In this document: in pieces, positions 1 through 9,137 of the stretch
Layout: every line of letters starts with the position of its first letter
Position numbering within the stretch: the stretch's first letter is position 1
Virus record (IMG/VR): IMGVR_UViG_3300017992_000019
Coordinates: 1-64,000 of that record
Origin: a virus
Length of the DNA stretch: 64,000 nt
Direction: 5' to 3' (one strand)
Notes under the pieces: generated by a model
The model's input: only the letters and a program-made list of their open reading frames with translations
Told to the model about the DNA's origin: nothing
Database searches by the model: none
Translations under genes and position numbers: made by a program

Positions 1-693
1 ACCCACGCCACCCCCCGACCGATCCCTCACCCTCCCGCGCTCACTGTGCCAACGCACACCGACCCCCCGGCAAATTCCCCCGCGGCGCGCGAGGCGCGCC
101 TCCCCCCTCGAGCACTCCCCCCAACCCCCCGAAACCCTGCACTTTCCCCGACGGCCGGAACGTCCGGTAAGAGATATTATGTTGACTTGTGATGCAACCC
201 CGCGGAAACATTGGAACACTAGACCCGGGTTTTCAGAAGTCCAACAAGGCCGCGGTGTTCCGATGCACCCCCCACTCCGATCGAAACCGGGCACCTCGCC
301 GGGGCACCGCCCCTGCCAGGCCCGCGCGGCGTGCGCGATATTTTCCCACAAACCCCCCTTGTGTGGCCGGCTGTCGGGCAGGGTGGGAGGCCGTGCGAGG
401 GAGGGAGTGAGGGCGCGGTCGGCGCGGGTTGGCCGGTGGGTCGCCGGAGAGGGCGCGAGAGCGCCGGGAGGCGGCGAGGCGATAGGAGGCCGCGAGAGGG
501 CGCCGGGTGGGAGGTCGAGGGTGTCGGGTCGTGACCGGGTCGGAGGGCACGGGAGGCCGAGGGAGAGGCGGCGAGGGCCCGGGTTTGGAGGTTGGAGGGT
601 CCGCGAGAGGGCAGTTGCGAGGGTCGCCGGGAGGAGTCGGAGGTCAACGAGCGGGTCGCCGGGTGCCAGGTGGCCGGCCGTGACCGGGCGAGA

Positions 694-798
694 GGTCGTT
701 TTGTCGGCGTTGCGGTGACCGGTGGGAGGTCGAGAGTCGGCGCGGCGGGTCGTGCCGGGTGGGAGCTCGAGCCGGTGGTCGTTTTGTCGGCGTTGCGG
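694..798 (+). repeat. 22-bp direct repeat pair GGTCGTTTTGTCGGCGTTGCGG
   Basis: Identical copies at 694-715 and 777-798, each followed by a similar ...CCGGTGGGAG tail. Confidence 0.85.
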
Positions 799-1170
799 GT
801 CACCCGGTGGGAGCTCACCTCGAGGGCCGGGGCCCGAAATATACCCGTTTTCAAAATGCCTTGAATCGGGCTGTAACTGGCTTGTAATGCGTCGGGCGGT
901 TTCGTCGTTTCTTGGGTGTCGAAATTCGGGGCCGTGAGGCAGGTTTTGAGGCATTCTGTGATCAACATGGATAGAGGCTCGAGGAGGGTCTCGCCGGGAT
1001 CTCGGGTGCCTCGGGTCTCGACTGGCACCTCGGCGCGAGGAGGGCGCCCGGATTTCACCGAGGAGGGCAACCTCGGGCCGGTGCTCACCCGGTGGGAGCC
1101 GATCCCGGTGGTTGCCGGCCGGCCGGATCCGGGGCCGCGGCCGGGTGGGAGTGTTCCCCGGTGGCCGGCC

Positions 1171-1219
1171 GTTCACAGGATCCGGCCGCACGTTCACAGG
1201 ATCCGGCCGCACGTTCACG
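1171..1219 (+). repeat. 21-bp tandem repeat GTTCACAGGATCCGGCCGCAC (two copies plus a partial third)
   Basis: Copies at 1171-1191 and 1192-1212, partial from 1213. Confidence 0.9.
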
Positions 1220-1415
1220 GATCGGCGTTCCTGTTCACGCTCGGGAGCTCGAGCTCGGCCGCGGATCCCGTCGCCGAAGGATCGGGATCCCGTCGGGAGA
1301 GGATCTCTCCGGTGAGGCCGGCGCCCGGCTGGATCAAAAGTGGCCCGCGCTCGAGGATCCCGGCGCCTCCGGGGAGGAGGTTGACCGAGCTTGCCCGACG
1401 GGGCCATGAGCGGTC

Positions 1416-1445
1416 AAGATAGCAGGGCCGGCGCCCGGCTGTCAA
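1416..1445 (-). promoter_or_regulatory. Leftward sigma70-like promoter TTGACA-N18-TATCTT with TG extension
   Basis: Reverse complement ttgacagccgggcgccggccctgctatctt; resembles the promoter at 7559-7588. Confidence 0.45.
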
Positions 1446-1914
1446 CCCCCGGGGCCCGGCTGGATCCCCCGGTGGTCGCCGGTGGTCGCCGGTGCCTCCC
1501 GGGTCGCCGGTGCTCACCCGGTGATCAGGATCCTGTTTCGGTGGTCGCCGGCGCTCACCCCCCGGGGCACGGGTGCCTCGGGGCCCGGCCGGACAGTCGC
1601 CGGCCGGGTCATGGTGGATCGCGGGCGCGAGGCGTCGGGCTCATACCTGCAAGACGCACGACGGCCGGAAATCTGAAAGTCAGGCGAGAAAAAACGCAAC
1701 ATCCGGGCCGATCCGGGGCCGTTTCTCAATAGAGGGCTCGACGGTGAAAACTGCCCGGGAGGCCGCGCAACGCTCCTCGGAGGTCAACAGGTCTCGAGGT
1801 CGAAAAGGCGCCGGAGACCGGAGATTCGAGCTCGAGACGGGAATTCCCGCGGGATCGGAGGATAACCCCGCGGCCGCTCACCTCACGCCGGCGCCTCCCG
1901 GGCGAGATATCGAC

Positions 1915-1943
1915 AATTTACACCCGATCGAATGTCGTGTCAA
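1915..1943 (-). promoter_or_regulatory. Leftward sigma70-like promoter TTGACA-N17-TAAATT
   Basis: Perfect -35, 17-bp spacer, in an AT-richer patch. Confidence 0.55.
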
Positions 1944-2170
1944 GCCCATGAATGGCGGAAATCGACAGAAATTACGGCGATTTATCAATCATTCCGAATG
2001 TTATTCCTATTCGAGTGTTCCGTGAGCTGGATCACGGGGCCCGAAAATGTGCAATTTCCCGGGCAGTTATGAGCAAAAACGAGGGTTTATCCCGCGTTCC
2101 CCGGCGCAAGTTCCCACAATCAGGAGGGTTTGCAGGGCGCAAGCCGTCGCGCGCGTCGAGGTCGCCGGGT

Positions 2171-2317
2171 TGGCACGGGTTTTGCCCTATCGGCCGGATC
2201 TCGCAAAATGTGCAAGCTCACACCGTGCAAAATGTACTTATTGCACACCGTTTTCGCGGTGTGTCAACTCACACTCCCTTGAAAACTAAGCGTTTCAAGT
2301 TTGGCACGCGGTTTGCA
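2171..2317 (+). promoter_or_regulatory. Sigma54 promoter block 1
   Basis: TGGCACGCGGTTTGCA at 2302-2317 matches the TGGCACG-N4-TTGC consensus; second GG-N10-GC box at 2171-2186; CGCAAAATGTGCAA motif between them. Confidence 0.85.
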
Positions 2318-2330
2318 CACTATAAAAGAC

Positions 2331-2471
2331 ATGAGCACGCGCAAGACAAACAAAATCAAGCGGTTGGTCGCGGCGGTCGCCTTGTTGGTCGCGGTCAACG
2401 GCAATGTCGCGAAACCCCGCGAAATCAAAGTCGAAAACAACCGCCCGGTCGCCGGGTCAACGTCTAACTGA
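2331..2471 (+). CDS. 46-aa peptide with a hydrophobic segment (MSTRKTNKIKRLVAAVALLVAVNG...)
   Basis: ATG 15 nt after the -12 GC of the sigma54 box; stop abuts the RBS of the next gene; too short for the ORF track. Confidence 0.4.
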   Translation: MSTRKTNKIKRLVAAVALLVAVNGNVAKPREIKVENNRPVAGSTSN

Positions 2472-2481
2472 GGAGGAAACA

Positions 2482-2730
2482 ATGACTTTCGAGAATGCAA
2501 TCGCTTTCGCCGACGCAATCGTCAAGGAAAACCCCTTTCAGAACAAAGACCTCCGGGCTTTCGTCGTCGCCGCAAAGTGCATCCTCAAGTCGGTCGAGAC
2601 TGGCAAGGGTCGCGGCCTGATCCCCCGTATGCTCAAGACTGTCAACGATTTCGCCTTTGATTGCGAGGACTTGACCGGCGCCGTCAAGGTGATCGCCGAG
2701 ACCGCTTTTGACGCCGCTCGCAAGGTCTAA
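2482..2730 (+). CDS. Hypothetical protein (82 aa)
   Basis: AGGAGG RBS, ATG at 2482. Confidence 0.75.
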   Translation: MTFENAIAFADAIVKENPFQNKDLRAFVVAAKCILKSVETGKGRGLIPRMLKTVNDFAFDCEDLTGAVKVIAETAFDAARKV

Positions 2731-2755
2731 ACCCCTGGAAAACGAGGAGAAACCA

Positions 2756-3103
2756 ATGAATACCAACGAAATCCCGCAGGTCGACGCACCCTCGACGCAC
2801 GTGTCGAGATTCTTGCCCGAGGCAACCGCGGCGCTCAACGGCCGGGTTTTCCGGGTCGACTTCGAGAAATACAGTCGGAGCGGAAACAAGCTCCGGCGCA
2901 AGGCTCGCGACGTGCGGATCGTCGAGGCGGTCTCCGACCGGTGGGTCGAGGCCGTTGTCGGCGGGTACGACACCCGGACCGGCGCGCTCGAGACTTGGAT
3001 CGAGTTTGACTCCCCGCTCCGCGGCGACTCCCAGGCAACCGCGGCGGTCTGCAAGGCCGCGCTCCGGGCGCTCGCGATCCTTTCTGGCCGGAGGGAGTCA
3101 TGA
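2756..3103 (+). CDS. Hypothetical protein
   Basis: GAGGAG RBS; ATGA coupling to the next gene. Confidence 0.7.
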   Translation: MNTNEIPQVDAPSTHVSRFLPEATAALNGRVFRVDFEKYSRSGNKLRRKARDVRIVEAVSDRWVEAVVGGYDTRTGALETWIEFDSPLRGDSQATAAVCKAALRALAILSGRRES

Positions 3104-3291
3104 GTTCCCCCCGGTGGTTGCCGGCCGACCTCACCGAGGATCAGGTCAAGGCGGTCAACGCGCTCGCCGGCGCGATCGATTTCGAGATCGACACCGCGGC
3201 CGCGATCGCCGTCGCGATCCTCGAGGAGGTCAACGCTCACCGCGAGGCCCGCAAGGTCAACGACCTCCTCGCCGAGGAGCTCGAGTCGTGA
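3100..3291 (+). CDS. Hypothetical protein (63 aa)
   Basis: ATGA and GTGA overlaps on both sides. Confidence 0.7.
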   Translation: MSSPRWLPADLTEDQVKAVNALAGAIDFEIDTAAAIAVAILEEVNAHREARKVNDLLAEELES

Positions 3292-4361
3292 TCTACTTCG
3301 CGAGCGGATCCAATCGGCCCGGCGAGATCCGGGGATTCTCCGAGGTCGATCACCCGATCGGTGTGGTCGCCGACGAGATCCTCGGGTCGACGTCCGCGCT
3401 CGAGGAATTGCTCGCGCTCGCCGGGACAGGGATCCCGGTTTTCGTCGACTCCGGCGCTTTTTCCGAGGTCGCTTTCGGTCCGGCCGGGCCCCGGGTGGTC
3501 AAGCCGATCTCCCCGGCCGACTGGCGCGAGCGTCTCGCATTGTATGAGACCCTCGCGGCCGCGCTCGGGCCGTCGTTGTATGTCGTCGCGCCGGACATGG
3601 TCGGATTCCCCGAGGAGACGCTCGAGAGGCTCGAGACCTACCGCGAGGAGATCGCCCGGATCGCCGCGCTCGGCGCCCGGGTGCTCGTCGCTCTGCAAGG
3701 CGAGGACAAGGCCGACTTTTGGCGCCGGGTGCTCGAGCTCGAGCTCGCTCCCGTCGACTCGCTTGTGCCGGCGCTCCCAATGAAGAAAAACGCAACCTCC
3801 GACGAGGCCGTGCTCGACTTCGCGCGCCGGTGCCGGCCGGGCGCCGTGCACCTCCTCGGACTCGGCGCCGCAAATCGCCGGGCGCCGGCGCTCGTCGAGG
3901 CGCTCGAGTGTTCCGGGGTCGAGGTCTCGCTCGACTCAAACCTGATCCGGGCGAACGTCGGTCGCGGCCGCAACCCGCGCAAGCTCACCCGCGCGCTCGA
4001 CGTCGTCGCCGATGATCTCCTCGGGTACGCTTTCGCCGAGGGCGCGCCGGCCGGGGCAATGGGCACGGCCGGAGACTACACCGACGAAATCGCCGACCCG
4101 TCCGGCTGGATCACCCCGAAACTCGCGCAACAGGTCGCCGACGAGCTCGCGCTCACCGACGAGGAGCGGCGCCGGTGGTTGAGAGACCCGGCCGGGTTTC
4201 TCGCCGACGACGTCAACGGCGAGGGGTTGGCCCGGTGGGAGTTGCCCGAGGTCTCGGCCGCGCTGGATCGGGCATGGCAGGCGGTACACTGGCGGGCGAC
4301 AACCCCCGAGCGCAAGCGGCGCGCAATCAAGGCCGCTTTCCCAAAGAAAACGGAGAGTTGA
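3288..4361 (+). CDS. DpdA/TGT-like base-exchange transglycosylase
   Basis: GTG start overlapping upstream stop; motifs VFVDSGAFSE, VVAPDMVG, VHLLGLG, SLDSN typical of TGT-fold enzymes. Confidence 0.65.
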   Translation: MIYFASGSNRPGEIRGFSEVDHPIGVVADEILGSTSALEELLALAGTGIPVFVDSGAFSEVAFGPAGPRVVKPISPADWRERLALYETLAAALGPSLYVVAPDMVGFPEETLERLETYREEIARIAALGARVLVALQGEDKADFWRRVLELELAPVDSLVPALPMKKNATSDEAVLDFARRCRPGAVHLLGLGAANRRAPALVEALECSGVEVSLDSNLIRANVGRGRNPRKLTRALDVVADDLLGYAFAEGAPAGAMGTAGDYTDEIADPSGWITPKLAQQVADELALTDEERRRWLRDPAGFLADDVNGEGLARWELPEVSAALDRAWQAVHWRATTPERKRRAIKAAFPKKTES

Positions 4362-4539
4362 GGGAGGGGTCGCAAAATGTGCAATCTCACACCAAAAACT
4401 TCCCTCGCAAACCCCCGAAAACGCGCAATTTCGCAAAATTGCATGGCAAAAAGTGCATGGTCGCAAGTATTGCGGGGATTTTTCGCCCTTTTGACGCAAC
4501 CGGGCAATGTGAAAACGCACACTTACAGCCGGTGTGCTT

Positions 4540-4555
4540 TGGCACACCGTTTGCA
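4540..4555 (+). promoter_or_regulatory. Sigma54 promoter block 2
   Basis: TGGCACACCGTTTGCA (GG-N10-GC) followed by CACTATAGAGGACATG, nearly identical to block 1; upstream CGCAAAATGTGCAATCTCACACC at ~4371. Confidence 0.85.
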
Positions 4556-4601
4556 CACTATAGAGGACATGACCGACGTGACGCAAACCAAGGAGGAGAC
4601 A

Positions 4602-4778
4602 ATGAGCAAGGGACACAAGGCCGGGACGGTGGATCTCAACGCCGACGTGAGCAACCTCACAGGTCAAGACCTCCTGATCGAAATGGGCCGGCGCTCCTCC
4701 GAGTGCGAGGCTCGCAAGGCTTTCAAGGCGAAGCTCGACGCGCGGATCGCCGCGTATCGCGAAAGGAGCGGATCATGA
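4602..4778 (+). CDS. Hypothetical protein (alternative in-frame start at 4569)
   Basis: AGGAGG RBS; ATGA overlap with the next gene. Confidence 0.7.
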   Translation: MSKGHKAGTVDLNADVSNLTGQDLLIEMGRRSSECEARKAFKAKLDARIAAYRERSGS

Positions 4779-5092
4779 GCAAGGCGAAACTGGAAACGAG
4801 CAAGGTTGCCATGTGTGCAGCGACCGCTTGGTCGCAGATTTCGATCGGCGTCAAGATGTCATGCGGCGCTCGCAACGCCGTCTCCGCTCCGACCTACCTC
4901 ATGTTCGAGGTCGGCCGGCGCACCGCTCGCCGGATCGTCAAGGTCGCGATCACCCTGGATCCCGAGGACACCTACTCGGTCGAGCGGATCGTGATCGACC
5001 GCAAGACTTTCGAGAGCAAGGTCGAGGCGAGCGTCTCCGGCGTGTACTGCGACAACCTCTCCGCGGTCGTGCTCGACCTCGGGGATCGGTAG
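4775..5092 (+). CDS. Conserved phage hypothetical protein
   Basis: AAGGAG RBS; L-D-P-x-D-T-Y...VYCD-x-L pattern I associate with mobile-element proteins. Confidence 0.7.
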   Translation: MSKAKLETSKVAMCAATAWSQISIGVKMSCGARNAVSAPTYLMFEVGRRTARRIVKVAITLDPEDTYSVERIVIDRKTFESKVEASVSGVYCDNLSAVVLDLGDR

Positions 5093-5101
5093 GAGGCGGT
5101 C

Positions 5102-6349
5102 ATGCAGACCAAGTGCCAACATTGCAACGAGACGATCAAGGGCGACCCGGCCGACGCCGCGGTCTCTCACGGGATCTGTGATACGTGTTGGATCCGGGAG
5201 CACACCGACAACCGCGTGATCCTCTCTTACGGAATGGGCGTCGACTCGACGGCGCTCCTCCTCCGGTGGTTGGAGGATCCGACCTCGCGCGATTTCGAGC
5301 TCGAGGATCTGATCGTGATCACCGCACAGGTCGGCGACGAATTCGACTCGACCGCGGACTTGTGCCGCGAGCACATCCTCCCGAGACTCCGCGAGGCCGG
5401 CGTGCGGTTCGTGCAAGTTGCACGCTCCGGTCTGCTCGAGGCCGAGGGGATCGACGTGCTCGAGGACTCGCGCGAGCCGGCCGGGATCCATATCGACGGT
5501 GTCTACAAGTTGAGCGACGAGCTCCGCGCGGCCGCGACGATCCCGACCTCGGGCGGCGTGAGAAAGTGCTCGATCAAATACAAGGGTTGGGTGCTCGACA
5601 AGTGGATCGGCGACGAGCTCGAGGGTCGAGAGTTCCGGCACGTGATCGGTTTCAACTCCGAGGAGACCCGGCGCCGTGACAAGGATCAGTTTTACGGCGG
5701 CGACACTCCCGGCCGGATCGGCTGGTATCCCTTGATCGAGTGGGGTTGGTCTCGCGCAAAGTGCGTCGACTACATCCGAGAGGTGACCGGCGTCGAGTGG
5801 CGCAAGTCGGCGTGCTCCTTTTGTCCGTTCTCTCGAGGTTGCGGCGAGGCCGTCGGCCGGTACGTCGAGGAGCCCGAGGGCGCCGCGGCCGCGCTCGAGA
5901 TCGAGGAGGTCGCGCTCCGCTTCAATCCCCGAATGATGCTTTTCAAATCGAAGTCGCTCCGGTCGGTGATCGAGAAGTCGGGCAACGCCGAGGCGCTCGA
6001 GCTTTTCGAGGCGCGCCTCAACGCGCTCAAGTGGACCGTGTATCGGATGCGCCGGGTCATGCTTCCCAGGAAAGCAGACCCGAGCAAGCGCGGCCGCACC
6101 GAGCGATCGATCGTCCGCAATAACGGCGACGACGGCCGGGCCGGCGACATGACACGCGCCGAGGCCGAGGGCAGGATCGGCGGGCGCCGGGCCCGGGTGC
6201 GAGACACCGGCGAGGGATTCCCCCGGATCGAGGAGTATCTCGTCGCGGCGCCCGTGTACGTGACCGAGAAGTCGGGCCGGTACGGGGTCGAGAAATTCGA
6301 GGAGCTCCTCGCGACTGCCGAGGCCATGCTCGAAAGGGGATCGTCGTGA
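5102..6349 (+). CDS. PP-loop adenine nucleotide alpha-hydrolase (PAPS reductase-like) with N-terminal Zn finger
   Basis: LSYGMGVDST PP-loop, CSIKYK, SACSFCPF; N-terminal CxxC...CxxC. Confidence 0.8.
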   Translation: MQTKCQHCNETIKGDPADAAVSHGICDTCWIREHTDNRVILSYGMGVDSTALLLRWLEDPTSRDFELEDLIVITAQVGDEFDSTADLCREHILPRLREAGVRFVQVARSGLLEAEGIDVLEDSREPAGIHIDGVYKLSDELRAAATIPTSGGVRKCSIKYKGWVLDKWIGDELEGREFRHVIGFNSEETRRRDKDQFYGGDTPGRIGWYPLIEWGWSRAKCVDYIREVTGVEWRKSACSFCPFSRGCGEAVGRYVEEPEGAAAALEIEEVALRFNPRMMLFKSKSLRSVIEKSGNAEALELFEARLNALKWTVYRMRRVMLPRKADPSKRGRTERSIVRNNGDDGRAGDMTRAEAEGRIGGRRARVRDTGEGFPRIEEYLVAAPVYVTEKSGRYGVEKFEELLATAEAMLERGSS

Positions 6350-6546
6350 CCGACTTTCCGATCGAATGCCTGAAATGCCCGATGCGCGGGATCGCGCGTC
6401 TCAACCCGGGCGGCAAGATCCTCTATACGCCGGCCGGCTGGAAACTCGAGACGCGCCGGAATGGGATCGTCTGGATCTGTCCGGCGTGCCTCAACGATAA
6501 CCGAGACCCGCGTGATTTCGTGCCGGGCCGGAGGAGGGAATCATGA
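6346..6546 (+). CDS. Small Zn-ribbon protein
   Basis: CLKC...CPAC; coupled overlaps. Confidence 0.65.
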   Translation: MTDFPIECLKCPMRGIARLNPGGKILYTPAGWKLETRRNGIVWICPACLNDNRDPRDFVPGRRRES

Positions 6547-7127
6547 AATGCCCAAAGTGCGACCGAGTGATCCTTGTGTACGGCGTCGGTCTCTCGCGCG
6601 CATACACCGTCGGGAAACACTACGGCCGCGGCGCGTGGAAACCGTGGGTCGTAAAAGACGCGCGGCACGTTTCAAAGCTCAAGCTCTGCAAGCCGTGCGC
6701 GCAACTCGAGGCGAGCGCACGCAACAACCGGAGACGTGCGAAGCTCTCGCCGTCGGTCTTGACCGCGGCAATGAGGATCGGGGAATTCCTCGGCAAGCTC
6801 GGCCGGCCGGACGATTCGGTTTATCGCGCCGTGATCACAATGACCGAGGAGTTCTACTTGCACGTCGAGGCGCTCGAGGTTGACTCGGTGCGCTCCTACT
6901 CGCCGGCCGGGCAACAGGCACTCGCGAAAGTGTGGGAGGCCGCGGAGAGGATCGAGGGCAAGCGGCCGCGGTATCGCGTGACTCTCGACCTCACCTCGTT
7001 GCAATATCTGATCGAGATCGGTGATTTCCTCGCCGAGACATGGCGGGATGAATTCGGATCGAAAGGAAAGGCGCTCGCGCGCTACATGAAAAACCTGAAA
7101 CCCAAACTCGAGGCGTTGTTGCCTTGA
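6543..7127 (+). CDS. Hypothetical protein with Zn finger
   Basis: CPKC...CKPC; GGAGGG RBS. Confidence 0.7.
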   Translation: MKCPKCDRVILVYGVGLSRAYTVGKHYGRGAWKPWVVKDARHVSKLKLCKPCAQLEASARNNRRRAKLSPSVLTAAMRIGEFLGKLGRPDDSVYRAVITMTEEFYLHVEALEVDSVRSYSPAGQQALAKVWEAAERIEGKRPRYRVTLDLTSLQYLIEIGDFLAETWRDEFGSKGKALARYMKNLKPKLEALLP

Positions 7128-7139
7128 AAGGAGAGAGTC

Positions 7140-7466
7140 ATGCCGAAAGGACAGTTGATCTTTTACTTTGGCAAGGGCATGAGCAAGAGTCGCCGGCGTT
7201 CGTCGGTTGAGCTCGCGATCATGCTGGCGGTCGACCGACTCGGATCGGATCGCAAGGTGTGCGAGGCGTGCGGTGTCTCGCGCAACGTGCTCGGCCGTTG
7301 GCGCCGAGGCGCCCAACCGCAAACGCAAAACCTGCAAGTGCTCGCGTCGCTCGCCGGCATCCCGGCCGCGTGGTTGCGCGAGGGTCTCGCCGATCTCGAG
7401 CCGGCACCCGGGGCCGAGAAATCCCCGGAGAGCTCGCCGGCGCCCGAGGCCGAGGCCAACCCCTAG
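7140..7466 (+). CDS. Cro/C1-type HTH transcriptional regulator
   Basis: SDRKVCEACGVSRNVLGRWRRG...LASLAGIPAAWL pattern. Confidence 0.75.
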   Translation: MPKGQLIFYFGKGMSKSRRRSSVELAIMLAVDRLGSDRKVCEACGVSRNVLGRWRRGAQPQTQNLQVLASLAGIPAAWLREGLADLEPAPGAEKSPESSPAPEAEANP

Positions 7467-7501
7467 ACCGACCCGGTCGGCACACCCTCACGCTCTGCAA
7501 T

Positions 7502-7542
7502 CGTCTCTCACCGGTGTCGTGAATGACACCGGTCGAGAGACG
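7502..7542 (+). terminator. 17-bp stem hairpin separating the accessory and packaging operons
   Basis: CGTCTCTC-ACCGGTGTC / GACACCGGT-C-GAGAGACG; weak U tract. Confidence 0.55.
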
Positions 7543-7558
7543 GTGTCTCTTGAAGGTC

Positions 7559-7588
7559 TTGACGGGCCGGTTTTTGCCCTGCTACCAT
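7559..7588 (+). promoter_or_regulatory. Sigma70-like promoter TTGACG-N18-TACCAT with TG extension, ahead of the packaging/structural operon
   Basis: Position directly after the hairpin; shares GCCCTGCTA with the 1416-1445 element. Confidence 0.45.
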
Positions 7589-8237
7589 GCAACCAATCGG
7601 AGGGCGCCGACGATTGACAGATCGTCTTGACATAGAAAAACTCGAGCACGCCGGCCGGGTCGCGAATGTCCTATCGAAGATCGAGGAGGGCAAGACCGAC
7701 TCGGAGATCATGGGCGAGCTCTCCCTCGAGGCCGAGGTATACTACCAGATCAAAAACGAGGCACTTGCTCTCGAGGCCGACAATCTCCGCGGTCGACGCA
7801 CCGAGGAGATATACGCTCAATATGTGATTCAGCAAGCCGGTTGCATTCGCGACCTCACCGAAATGAGCAAAAAGTTCGACAGCAAAAAACACTACACCGC
7901 GCTCGTCTCGGCCGTGAAAGCGCGTTCCGATATTTACGACAAGGTGATCAAGGTCGGGCAAGACTTTGGTCTGATCGAAAGGAAAGCGGAGCGACGCGAG
8001 CTCGCGGTCGGGGTTGTCGTTGCCAAACTTGGCGACGAGGAATTGCGAGCGACGATCGCGCATGAGCTCCTCAAGCTCGAGGAGCTTATGCAATCGATCG
8101 GTGACGCAAACTTGATCGATATCGATCCCGGAACACTTCACCGCTCCGCTCCGTTGCTACCACCCGGAGAGAAACCGCGCACGAATAAGGCGAAAGCCAA
8201 CAAGGTGCACCGCGGCCGAAAGGTGGTCAAGGAGTGA
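7587..8237 (+). CDS. Probable terminase small subunit (true start may be TTG 7614)
   Basis: N-terminal HTH-like segment and helical body; first gene of the packaging operon. Confidence 0.45.
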   Translation: MQPIGGRRRLTDRLDIEKLEHAGRVANVLSKIEEGKTDSEIMGELSLEAEVYYQIKNEALALEADNLRGRRTEEIYAQYVIQQAGCIRDLTEMSKKFDSKKHYTALVSAVKARSDIYDKVIKVGQDFGLIERKAERRELAVGVVVAKLGDEELRATIAHELLKLEELMQSIGDANLIDIDPGTLHRSAPLLPPGEKPRTNKAKANKVHRGRKVVKE

Positions 8238-8243
8238 GAGCGA

Positions 8244-8816
8244 ATGTCCGAAAAACGATTGACGGTTTGTGTCGACCTCAACGGGGTGCTTGACACTTAC
8301 AAGGGTTGGCAGGGTTCCGAGCATTGGGATCCCCCGCGGCCGGGCGCTTATGAGTTCCTCGAGGAGCTCAACACCCGAGGGTTTCGAGTTGTGATCCTCT
8401 CGACGAAAGATCCCGCGGGTGTCGACGCATGGTTGCGCTCACATGGTCTCGCCGAGTATGTCGACGAGGTCACCGATCGCAAGGTGCCGGCGATCGCATA
8501 CGTCGACGATCGCGCCGTCCGTTTTTGCGGTGACTACAAGCAAGCACTCGCCGAGATCAACAATCCTCCATTCTGGAAAGCCGAGACGTCGGCGCCCGGT
8601 TGCATAACACCCGAGGCGCTCGCGCAAGCGTTCCACGAAACCTATGAGCGACTTGCTCCCTTTTTCGAGTATTCGACGCGCAAGGCGAGCTCGGTGCCGT
8701 GGGCAAAGGTGCCGCAAAAAAATCGCGACCTCATGGTCGCGACTGCCCGCGACGTGCTCAAGTGGATCCAGGATCAAGAGAGAAATTCCGACGAGGAGGC
8801 AACCGATCCCGGGTAG
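8244..8816 (+). CDS. HAD-superfamily phosphatase-like domain plus small C-terminal helical domain
   Basis: VCVDLNGVL motif I, ILST motif II, YVDDRA motif IV. Confidence 0.75.
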   Translation: MSEKRLTVCVDLNGVLDTYKGWQGSEHWDPPRPGAYEFLEELNTRGFRVVILSTKDPAGVDAWLRSHGLAEYVDEVTDRKVPAIAYVDDRAVRFCGDYKQALAEINNPPFWKAETSAPGCITPEALAQAFHETYERLAPFFEYSTRKASSVPWAKVPQKNRDLMVATARDVLKWIQDQERNSDEEATDPG

Positions 8817-8876
8817 TGTTCCAAAACCAGATCCTCGGCCGGCCGCGCGCCGGCCGTTTTCAGTTTGGAGGATCGC

Positions 8877-9137
8877 ATGACCAAGGATTTCAAGTTTCAA
8901 CTCGGGCCGCTCGCATGGGGCGAACGCGGAGTGCGACGCACTCCTCGGGGAGGTTACTCGACAACATCGATCGACGGGTGGGTCTGGTTGTTTCTTGGTC
9001 TTTGGTTGAGGAGAAACCGAAACCATGATCAGGATGGGAGACAAACTGATCTGCGATCGAGAATGTCCTTTTGTCAACGAGTGCCCGTACTACGGATTTT
9101 CAGTGAGTGGGCACGCCTCGCATTGCGAGGTGGTTGA
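8877..9137 (+). CDS. Hypothetical protein
   Basis: GGAGG RBS, but overlaps the next ORF by 113 nt. Confidence 0.35.
   Translation: MTKDFKFQLGPLAWGERGVRRTPRGGYSTTSIDGWVWLFLGLWLRRNRNHDQDGRQTDLRSRMSFCQRVPVLRIFSEWARLALRGG

Noticed and set aside
1171-1240. Possible CRISPR array
   Set aside because: Repeats are directly tandem with no unique spacers, and no cas genes are visible.
179-2025. Many overlapping ORFs up to 289 aa
   Set aside because: R/G/P/A-rich translations without RBS or recognisable motifs; expected from stop-poor GC-rich DNA.
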